Assembly: GCA_022813965.1 (NCBI GenBank)
Contig: JALDZS010000201.1
Span: forward strand, 1-41,161
Direction: 5' to 3'
Origin: Toensbergia leucococca
Taxonomy: Eukaryota
Length of the DNA: 41,161 bases
Part shown: piece after piece, positions 11,289 to 20,908 of the stretch
Layout: every line of letters starts with the position of its first letter
How positions within the stretch are numbered: position 1 is the first letter of the stretch
Notes under the pieces: model-generated
The model's input: only the letters and a program-made list of their open reading frames with translations
The model's database searches: none
What the model was told of the DNA's origin: nothing
Made by a program: the position numbers and the translations under genes

Positions 11289-12425
11289 TATTGCTCCAAC
11301 ACCCCTAGGTCTCACCTTCGGTGTGGACATAGATTTTAAAATAACTTTCTTCGAAGACGAGGTCATCCATTCAATATATATAGATCATCCCCAATTACTC
11401 TCCAGTGAATCCGAGTCCAGTCAACTCGATGAAGAAAGTCCGGAAGAGAGCCTGGAAGAAACCCCGGAAGGAAATGCTAGGGAAAACAAGACAATCCGAC
11501 ACAATATTGGCGTCCTACTCCAAAACTTGGGGATACCAGCCAACTTGGCACTTCGATTCAGCTACGAGAAATGTACAGCCACCTACGAGAGATGGACGGT
11601 AACTGAGGATGATTGCATAGAACCTGACACTCAACCTAAAGATTGGACCTTGGCTTCTGAGTAGATTGTTGAGCGGACTGCTGGGGTTGAGCTCAATGAC
11701 GAAGCACCCAAGCTCGTCGAGGATGAGCAGCTCAATGACGAAGCACCCAAGCTCGTCGAGGATGAGCAGCTCAATGACGAAGCACCCAAGCTGGTATCGA
11801 GAAAGATGCCTTTCTGTGATTCGAGTTTCCAAGAGGTACGCGAAGTGCTGCAGATCGTACAACGACGGTAGAGCTACTGCTAACACCTTGATAGCGCTCC
11901 ACGAACACATCAGGAATCAAGACGTGCACTTCTCACTCGCTTGCTTAAAGCATTTGGGGCAGCTAGTAACGGTGCTTCAGCATCAAACAGAGTCAGTACA
12001 TCCTCGCCATCGGACAGGCAATTGATCCTGCGAAGGTCCTTCAATTGGGCGTCTGAAAAGGCGTTAGCAATGCACTCAACATAACTGAACATTGCAAAAG
12101 CACATGGCATTCTACGCACATTTTTCGCGAGATGGATTCTTAGCATACAACCCACAAATTTGATGGATTGAGCCTATCACGTTTGTGCATCCAGGCCATT
12201 GCATTCTGGCAGCACGCTGGAACACTGTAATCTAACGAAATACAGGCGTATCTAGAGTTATTGGGTACCACGGTCCGATTCTTTCACTGCGTTCCCCACA
12301 AGGAATTCATTATGCTCATCAGTCAAGCTTTGGCTGACTAGAAGTTCACTTTCCGAGACCTGCTGGAGACCATCGAAAAAGCTCATAGACTACTATGGCT
12401 TAAGACTATATTAACGATTAAGCGG
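11289..12425 (+). pseudogene. Amidoligase pseudogene, copy C
   Basis: Colinear remnants LTFGVDIDF, WTVTEDDCI, GVE...LVSRK, ALHEHIRN, AIAFWQHAGT and LIDYYGLRLY. No ATG at the expected position, stops at 11662 and 12023 and later, several frameshifts. Confidence 0.85.
11690..11792 (+). repeat. 39-bp tandem repeat, about 2.6 copies (LNDEAPKLVEDEQ)
   Basis: AGCTCAATGACGAAGCACCCAAGCTCGTCGAGGATGAGC at 11690 and 11729, partial copy at 11768. Confidence 0.95.
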
Positions 12426-13304
12426 CCGGTGCCGGTGCGAGATGGTCACTTTCAAGATATTGATGGGTCGATCTTTGGGTTCGAAAGACACTGAACAGAA
12501 CGGTATCTGAGGTCCAATCGTTGGGATCGAGCAGATTGGAATCAACGCCGTCGTGGCAGAATGGTGTACAAAAATCACTAGGTCCGTTATGGCCCGCCAC
12601 ATAAGGTAAAGTATTGGAAGCCACGGAGAGATCTTGATCGATTTCCAGACGCGTTTCACTATGAGATCGAGAAACTGTGCTAGTATCTGCCAAGAGTGGA
12701 CGATCCACTCTCACCCGACGCTCGAGTAAGGTTCAACGAATGTGGAATCGCGCCAAGCATCAGGCTGGGAGAAGGAGTCGAGAAGTTCGTGGCAAATGGT
12801 AAGTGGAAGGATCCCAAGTAGAGTTGATCGTACAGAAGTTGTGTAACACATTGATGACTTAGGTAGGGATCCCTAGCTCGAGTCACAGATAATGAAACTA
12901 AACCTATATTTGATTATTAGCAAAAGATGTTTCTTTATGCACAACAAAGAGTTGAACAACGAAAGTTTCGGCATTGAGTACTAATCAAAGGGTAACAATA
13001 GATGTCTCTTTGTGGGCAAGTACAAGGCTCGAGTATAAAGGGGGAAACTAAGAGTGTAGGTTCGCGAGAGAAAGTTAATGTGCGCAAAGTATAAAGAGAA
13101 CAACCCAGACAGGAATAGAATGGCATCAGATTACGCACCACAGGTATATAATCACCATTGTATTCTCCTCTTCCAGCTTTCTGAAAGATCCAGGAACTTT
13201 TACTCACTTCATCCGCTTTATATATCCCACTGTCTCCACTCAGACACCTTTCATACTTATATACCGTCCTTATATATCGTCTCCAATTCCATCCAACAAT
13301 CAAG

Positions 13305-14444
13305 ATGATGTCGGTAATGCCACTCAACCTGACCTTTGGAGTGGAGCTCGAATTCTATATCAACTATTTTCCAGAAGAGGTCGCCCATCAGATGCACAAG
13401 GAAGCCCCTTTGACTACCAGGGAGATCGAGCTGAGATACGAGGAAGGGACCGGTCAGGACGACGATCAAGCACTCCGACACAAAATGGCGAGTCTTATCC
13501 GCGATGCAGGCATCGTGGTCAATCCGATCGATGACTATAAGCCAAGCTACAACAATTGGACCGTAACGGAAGATACTAGCATCAATCCCGACCTAGGAGT
13601 CGATGACCTGTGGGAACCAGGAATGTCGAGCATGGGCGTCGAAATTGTATCGAAGAAGTTTCCTTTCAATGAGAACAGCCTCCGGGAAGTATATACAGTT
13701 CTATCGATCGTCAATGCGAATTTTCGGACTCGGACCAACACATCAACGGGCCTCCATATCCACGTCGGAAATGACAATGATGGCTTCTCCTTGCCTTGCG
13801 TCAAACGTTTCTGCCAGGCAGTAACAGTATTCCAGCACCAGATAGAATCGATTCACCCAGACCAACGGATCGATAATTTTTATTGTAAGGCGCCTTCTAG
13901 CAGGGCCCAGCTGCGTCTGTGGGAAGGGATTTTTGAAGGTGTAAAGCGCATCGAGGAGGCAGAGACTCTGAACCATGTCGTGAAGTTGATGAACGACGCT
14001 TACGATAGGAACTACGCTTACAATCTTCAAAACCTCCGCAAACCCGAATTCCACGGCCTGAGCAAACGGACCATAGAGTTCCGGCAGCATGCCTCGTCAA
14101 TGGATGTAGACATTGTCCTTCCATGGCTGAAGTTTGTCGTTGGTCTCGTCCGTTTCTGTCATGTGGTCCCAGCTTCGCTTTTCTCCAAATTCCTGTGTAC
14201 TCACGCCGAAAGCGATGAAGAGTTGGATTTGTTGGAGCTTTTAGAGGTTATTGGCCAAGGCGACCTGATTGCAGATTTCAAAGAGTTGCTATACAAGCGA
14301 AAGCGACCTGTAATCAAGGAGGTGGAGATAGATGACTCTACTTCAACGGAAGAGGAATCTGGGGAACCTCTTCCTTCAACTGATCACAATAGCGCCACTT
14401 ATCAGGATCTGGATGTGGCGCCGATTGTAGTAGGTTTCTGGTGA
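13305..14444 (+). CDS. Putative amidoligase, copy D
   Basis: 379 aa with FGVELE, WTVTEDTSI, GVEIVSKK, TGLHIHVGN, AYNLQNL and TIEFRQHAS; acidic C-terminal tail. Confidence 0.88.
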   Translation: MMSVMPLNLTFGVELEFYINYFPEEVAHQMHKEAPLTTREIELRYEEGTGQDDDQALRHKMASLIRDAGIVVNPIDDYKPSYNNWTVTEDTSINPDLGVDDLWEPGMSSMGVEIVSKKFPFNENSLREVYTVLSIVNANFRTRTNTSTGLHIHVGNDNDGFSLPCVKRFCQAVTVFQHQIESIHPDQRIDNFYCKAPSSRAQLRLWEGIFEGVKRIEEAETLNHVVKLMNDAYDRNYAYNLQNLRKPEFHGLSKRTIEFRQHASSMDVDIVLPWLKFVVGLVRFCHVVPASLFSKFLCTHAESDEELDLLELLEVIGQGDLIADFKELLYKRKRPVIKEVEIDDSTSTEEESGEPLPSTDHNSATYQDLDVAPIVVGFW

Positions 14445-14540
14445 CAGAACGGAAATGGGGAACGATCGATTCGATCTGGAAGGTCGATTCAATATTAAGA
14501 CTGGGCTACGACGACCGATGCGGCCCTATCCATTTGAGCG

Positions 14541-15134
14541 CTAGGATGCTGAGGGTGTTGAGTACCATCTGGCGATTTCGTCCGTGTTGTGCTCGTGGGG
14601 GGGCTCGTCGACGACGAGGCTGTAGATATCTTCGTTGCGGCAGCTGGATGGGTGGACGATTTCGCCTACATATTCTGCGAGGACGTCGCCCTTTTTGATC
14701 GTCTGCAGGCTGTGGATTTCGACACCTTTGCCCGGATATCGCTTCAGCTCCACGAGGGGATGTGTTAGCAGAGACGAAGGATCGCACTCGCAAGCGGCTT
14801 TGAAAGAGCAGACAGCGCATGAGTAGGACGCGGGAGCCCGTAGCATGGGGTGAGAAGGGTAGGGACGCTTTGGGTCCCAGGCGCGGGGTCGGCTCTTGGA
14901 GGCAAAAGTGTCAAGTCTGCACATGGATGTTTGAGCTTCCATTTGAGACTCACCTCTATAACTTGGTCGTGTGAGGACTTGACCTTCTGATGGAATCACC
15001 ACGGAATGTGGATGGCCTGGAGACAGTGAAAGGGTTTCTCGGATCCTGGAGGCGCTCAAATTGTAGGGAGTAAGAGCGGACTGCCAATCTAGGCCCCGGA
15101 TCTTCGCAAAGGTCTCTGGACTCTCGCTGAAGTT
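14541..15134 (-). pseudogene. Truncated SET-domain (lysine methyltransferase-like) gene
   Basis: Cys cluster CAVC...CEC then VELKRYPGKGVEIHSLQTIKKGDVLAEYVGEI (N-terminal SET half). The frame stops before any RFINHSC or ELTxDY motif. Upstream exon structure unresolved. Confidence 0.65.
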
Positions 15135-17422
15135 TTAACTGAGAGATGGCGGGGCACGGAGGGAAAGGAGTGGTTAGTGAGACTGGGTTTCTTCCTCCGC
15201 CCTAAGCTACAGCGAAACTTATCAGCCGGCTTTCCTCTCGGAAAATGTGAAGGAATATGAGAAGTGGAGAGACGTGGAAGGGTGGAATTCCTCCCATTCC
15301 TTCTAAAGTCACGGGAAGGAACATACGCTGTTCACAACCCCCCTTTCTCCGTTCCCCTCCTTCGCCGCAGAAGGAGCGGAAGTGCTCACTGGGTCGTGAA
15401 CATGCCTATCCATTCGCCGCAACAGGTGAGTTTATTAGCGAAGTGTCGGCGGCAGGGAAAATCGCGTTCTTGAAACAATGTGTTGAGGCCGGGTTCGACT
15501 GGGAATCGTAACTATCTGTCGAAGCATATCTTGGAGAGATAAGAAAGTATGGTGTTGGAGTTTAGTCGGTTCATCGAAGTCGATGGTATATAACAAGGAT
15601 TAACGGGTGGGAAGGATGAGCGAGTGGCTGGATGGGTGGAGTCATCGTATTTTGTCTAAGCCGGGGGGTGGTTCTGGAGTTAGTCTCTGTATATATAAAA
15701 CGGTTCTTGTTCCTTCCAACGAAACAAAAGCTCAATTTCCAAGGAACCAATGCAGCTTTATGTGAATGTTAATGAATTGATGAAATTGCATGTCAGACCA
15801 AGTCTCATAAGGATAAAGAGCGTGTGACAGCTGTCTCACCAAGGTCCTTTCCCGAGACTGAGTACATACACGGAGAGTCCTAGTTTGGATAGCTGCTTGC
15901 CCGGGATCTAAAGTATGCAATGAAGCCGGAGGCACCACCCGTTTCTGTACTCTAGCTGAGAACAACGCTTACACGGTTGGGATGGGTATATATCCCAATT
16001 TGTCATTATCCTTCTCATTCTCCCGCTCTTTTGTTCTCGTCCGTGTCTCATTTGCTTCTTGTTCTGCAGGATACGATTATCCCGTTTGGAGCTATGCATC
16101 CATGTATCTCCAAGTTCGTCCAAATCTGAATGATAGCATGCAACAAAGCGATGGTTTTCGGGATCGAGCTTCTTTGCCAGAAACGGCCTGCAGAACTGTA
16201 AGCCTTAACGCACAGTGTCTTGACTGACAGTCAGTATAGTCCCGCCCTCACCGTCTTTTGCTAAGCTTTTCAACTCGGAGACGTGCGTGTTTGACCCACT
16301 TGAAACATGTCTTAGACCGAGAATCGGCATTTGATATTATGCCTTTCAAAGAATGGGACTTCGCATAAACTATCGACGATTTTCTAACTATGTTGCTTCA
16401 AACGCCAGATGTCGCAAAAAGGGCGCCTTAGCAGATACTCAGCCACGTCGACAGCATGATCATAGTATGCCAAATCATTAGTACCATGTAGATAGCCGAG
16501 TATAGCAGAGAATGCAGTATACAACACGGTGTTGCGGTTCAAGAAAAACCGCATGTCATCAATGTATATTTTCGTAGTTGTTATGCGTCAAGAAGTGTCA
16601 GCAATCAAACACCCGCCCGCTGCGTCCTCAACTCCACCTCTTGCTAGATCTCTACATCCCGTGCTCTTAACCCTTGATCAAGCTTTTTAATCTGGAGGAA
16701 TTGGGAAGTAACAGCGCTGTCACGGTTATTGAGTACCAGACTCGGGCTTGTGCAAATAGACACAAGTCCGTGGAGCGTACCTTAGGGATTGTCAATGACG
16801 ATGAAAATGGTAGCGACTGAGATCCATCCCAAATCCTTAGCACAATGTGACCGAAACCACAAACAAAGAAAGCATTCACTCATATGATCTTGTTCCTTTG
16901 ACATTCAGAGCACATCCCATGTCAAGGTCAAGGTTCGTGATGGGAATAGAGATAAAAGAAAAATTCAAGTTTAATTCCAGATTTATGATAAAATATTATA
17001 TTCTATATTAGAACACTGTGACGCGTCGCGTCTACTCGCGCAATTTTGCCGCGTAGAACCGACTCTACAACCACAACACTGTACCACCACTTTGTACCAG
17101 TGGTGCCAGTGGACATTTATTGCACTTATAACCTGTTGGACCATTTCATGGTCTTGATAGGGAAACAGATCTACAACATTGTTGGTGAGAAGCACTGTTG
17201 TGATCAGGACTTCTATGACTCTGCTCAAGGTATTGACTATGTGATTGGAGATGGGCAACTATCAAGTACATCCCATTGACAGCACAGGGCTTTCCCTCGG
17301 CAGAAGTCTACCGAGTATCTTTCCCTCATGAGTGCCATCAGTTTTGTCTCCACCACATAATCCGCACCTCACTTTATCCATATTCCTCCATAGCTCGCCC
17401 GAAAATCTCTCACGTGTCCCAT

Positions 17423-18419
17423 TTACCAATTCGAAGTTTCCGCAGGCTTGGTCTCGGCATTCCACCCATCATTTCCAGTTTGAACAGGAGCAGAGCTTGC
17501 AGCCCAATCCGCGCCATCAGCCTCCCAGCTCGACCCAGCTTGCGCACCAGCAGTATTGGCCGCAGCACCGAAAGCTGCAGCGCCAACTGGAGCACCACCT
17601 GGAACTTCCCATTCAGAGTTGCCGGCAAAGCCTTGATCAATAGCTGCTGGTCCGACGTCGTCAGCACCTGGAAGTTTGCCTTCCTCGACGCCTGAAGCAT
17701 CCTTGTTCTCTTCTGCTTCAGGGTCGCGGTAAAAGTAGAGATCGACCATGACGTCCCATTCTGCTTCTCGGTTGGCTAGTGTACCACGTAGACGGAGGAC
17801 CTCGCGCGCCAACATCCACCAGATCAATCCGATAGCGTGACGACCTTTATTGTTGGTGGGGATTGCAACATCGACGAATTCGGTGGGGGAGTCAGTATCG
17901 CAAAGGGCAACAACGGGAATGTTGACGTAAGATGCTTCTTTAATGGCTTGAGCGTCGGTGCGGGGATCAGTGACGATGATGAGACGGGGCTCTTTGAACG
18001 AGCGGGTAATGTAGTTGGTGAAATTTCCGGGAGTGAAGCGCCCAGCGATAGCAGCAGCACCAGTGTGCGCGGCGAACTTTAATACGGCTCGCTGGCCATA
18101 AGGACGTGCGGAAATGACGGCAATGTCGGCTGGATTGTCAACAGCTGCAATGATTCGAGCTGCAAGTACGATTTTCTCCCTGCATTCAAGACGAGGTAAA
18201 TATTTGTTATACGTCGATGTATAACAAAGACGAGTCAAAGACTACTTACCAAGTTTTTCCGATATTGATCACATTAATTCCATCTGGACGAGTTTTCCAT
18301 AGATATGGTTCCATGTGGACTTGCAAGTTCTTGGAGCCCAAATGACATTGCGCTGCGAGCAGCATCTCAATGTCTTGGGACGTAGCATTGAAGATAGGGG
18401 GTAAATTTGCCGGGGCCAT
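17423..18419 (-). CDS. RPS0: 40S ribosomal protein S0/SA (uS2); exons 18419-18250 and 18179-17423
   Basis: [11 protein letters not shown]...AQCHLGSKN...[15 protein letters not shown]...[14 protein letters not shown]...IPTNNKG; 70-nt GTAAGT...CAG intron; 308 aa. Confidence 0.97.
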
Positions 18420-18665
18420 ACTTGCGGTCTTGATATCTGAAGTGCTGAGATATCTTTGGAGGCTCGCAGTTGATATTGAAAATTATAAGTGAGGTGATAA
18501 ATTAGAGTCGACTAGTGTGTGGGAGCAAGGGTTCATCTAGGCGAATTGTACTCAGTATTCTGTGTAAGGCTATCTTAGCCCATACTTTAAATTACAGGCT
18601 TTGAAGGTGAAAGCTTTCGAGTTTACGGATAGTATCCGTAAGACTACGAAATCAATCACACAGCA
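18420..18665. promoter_or_regulatory. Bidirectional promoter between RPS0 and the mitochondrial S15 gene
   Basis: 246 bp between divergent ATGs; palindrome TTACGGATA-G-TATCCGTAA (18623-18641) and GGCTA-TCT-TAGCC (18568-18580). Confidence 0.7.
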
Positions 18666-19739
18666 ATGATTTCACGATTGTCAAGCTGGTTTCCACCGCG
18701 AAGAGCTTGCGGTATGTCATCTCCACACCACTGCCTAGAAGTAATAACAATTGACATCGTACCAGAATTAGCTCGCGGCCAAACCATCCCTTCAACTCCC
18801 CTCGCCTTCCTAACGAAAGTTCCACTCCACCCCTACTCAAGCAAGAAAGAAGACACCATCAAGGCCGAGATAACCAAGTCTGTCAAAAAGGTTAAGCGTC
18901 GCGACTACCGTGACGCAGGGATATACCACCGCGCCCGACAACGCCTAGAAGCAAATCTGACCCGGCAAGAAGAACTGAAAAAGCAACGGGCCGAAGCCCT
19001 TGGCGACCCCATCCGCGGCATCACCACCCCCTTTGTAAAGTCCTTCGACACAGCCACTCCCCTAGAAATAACCCCAAGCGCGGATACTACTCCCCAGGAA
19101 ACAACAGCCTCCGACCCAACCCAGCCGCTCTCGCCAGCAGGTCCCCCTCACGACGAACTCCTCAACCACTTCGTCACCCGCACCGAGCTCACCAACAACC
19201 TCTCCCACTCCCTCACCCTCTCAACCCCCATCCGCTCCACACAGCGCACAACCGCGGACCCTGCCCGCGAAGACGCCGAAGCAGCCGTCCACCACCGCCG
19301 CCACCTTCGCGCCCAGGAAGCCATGACCCGCATCTTTAGCCTCTCCAACGCCAACGCCTCCGAACGCACCCGCGCCAACATCCAACGCTGCATCTCCACC
19401 TTCGGCCGCCACAACACGGACGCCGTCCTCAAGCCCAAACCCTCCATCCCCAAACCCTCGGATCTACCCCCGACGCCGCGCGCGGGTCCCGATACGGGCT
19501 CTTCGGAGGTGCAGATTGCGATTCTCACGGCGAAGATTCGGCGGCTGGCGGATGAGTTTGATGGGGTTAGTCACAACGATAAGGTCAACAAGCGCAATTT
19601 GAGATTGTTGTTGCATCGGAGGCAGAAGCTTTTGAAATATTTGCAGCGGAAGGAGAGGGGAGGTGAGCGTTGGCAGAATCTGATTGGGACGTTGGGGTTG
19701 ACGGAGGGGACTTGGAAGGGGCAGATTGAGGTGCGGTGA
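18666..19739 (+). CDS. MRPS28: Mitochondrial small-subunit ribosomal protein S15 (uS15m); probable in-frame intron 18712-18765
   Basis: DTGSSEVQIAILTAKI...DKVNKRNLRLLLHRRQKLLKYL S15 signature, Arg/Ser-rich presequence, 54-nt GTATGT...TTGAC...CAG intron. Confidence 0.9.
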   Translation: MISRLSSWFPPRRACGMSSPHHCLEVITIDIVPELARGQTIPSTPLAFLTKVPLHPYSSKKEDTIKAEITKSVKKVKRRDYRDAGIYHRARQRLEANLTRQEELKKQRAEALGDPIRGITTPFVKSFDTATPLEITPSADTTPQETTASDPTQPLSPAGPPHDELLNHFVTRTELTNNLSHSLTLSTPIRSTQRTTADPAREDAEAAVHHRRHLRAQEAMTRIFSLSNANASERTRANIQRCISTFGRHNTDAVLKPKPSIPKPSDLPPTPRAGPDTGSSEVQIAILTAKIRRLADEFDGVSHNDKVNKRNLRLLLHRRQKLLKYLQRKERGGERWQNLIGTLGLTEGTWKGQIEVR

Positions 19740-20040
19740 GGTCTGGGCCGCGAGGGGTTGGAGATCTTGTTTGTGCTAGGGAGGCATCATCTTGTTACAA
19801 GTGCCAAAAACAGGGGGCATAAGGCCATTTCAATGCAAAGGAGAAAAGGATCTGTGCTTGGTGTTAGCAGCCTTTGGTCACCATCACAGTTGTATGCCCA
19901 GTCAACAATGATAAAGTGTGATCAACTGTCAGGGATCACATGAGACCCTTTGTAAGAATTGTGCAAGAAGCATCTAATCCTAGCAACGCTGTATGATTGA
20001 CTGATACACGGAAAATATATGTTTTCGACTGAAACGCGGG

Positions 20041-20856
20041 CAAATGAAGGAGAGTTGGTGCAAGAAAGTGTTATTGATAATTGAAAAGAAAAAGAAGATT
20101 GTAAGTCTTGAGCTTTTGTGATGCATATGAATGTGAAGGGTTGATAATGAGTTGATCTCTGAGGGATTGATACTCTGACTGAATTAGGGTACTGAGTGAT
20201 TATGATATAGCATCAAGGACAGATGAGACAGTTGAGAGCACGTGATGTGAATTTCAGATCAAAGAATATTTAACAAGAAGCAGACATATCAATTTAAAAT
20301 CTGCATAGAACAGCAGTTCTCTGCATTCTCTTAATATTGAAATTTATTACTATTGTCAGTATATATGCATTGAAAATCTTAAAAGAGCAGAAGATCTAAC
20401 TGATAGAAAAGACTGAATATTTATGTTAGGTCAGGCAATTCAAGAAGGTGAGGTAAAGAGAAGATAGAAAGAAATAGATTTCTTTGAAGGTTAGATACTT
20501 GTGAGTGGGGGAGCTTTGATCAATATGATTGAAAGCGCTGAGAAGAAAAGTGATTGTTAAGAATGAAGATGAGATGAAGCAGAGACTTGATGACTGAGCT
20601 CTTATGAATTTTATTATTTGCTTTCAAGCTTGTTAAAGAGAGGGATGAAAACGCTGACACAGTAGGTGGTCTCTATGAATCAACATATGATTTAATACTA
20701 GGTAGTCTCTGAAAGAGCTAGGTAGCATCAAGTGAGATCAAGTGCAAGAATGCATAACACAAACCATGACTCTGATCATAAGACAATAGAAAACAAAAGT
20801 TTGATATATCAGTCTCAGAGCAAGGCTCTTGAGGCAAAGATTACTGTTTAGAAAAT
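20041..20856. repeat. AT-rich, CpG-depleted degenerate repeat or transposon relic
   Basis: About 3 CpG in ~815 bp counted by eye, abundant TG/CA, no long ORF, sharp compositional edges. Confidence 0.55.
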
Positions 20857-20908
20857 GCGCCCCATGAAACAAGATATGCAAACACACAAATGGCGGCCCA
20901 AATGGTCT

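Noticed and set aside
11044..11664. 206-aa ORF as an intact gene
   Set aside because: Non-ATG start; only the 3' part is amidoligase-like and belongs to pseudogene C.
662..14444. Classical secondary-metabolite cluster (enoyl reductase plus ligases)
   Set aside because: No PKS/NRPS, transporter or cluster regulator in the window, and unrelated genes intervene. Cannot be excluded left of position 1.
16665..16680. Telomerase RNA template (TTAACCCTTG)
   Set aside because: Only 7 nt match the CCCTAA register, short of the ~1.5 repeats expected, and no convincing pseudoknot was found.
16185..16960. Group I intron P/Q/R/S-like words
   Set aside because: Matches are partial and do not form consistent P4/P7 pairings; no host gene.
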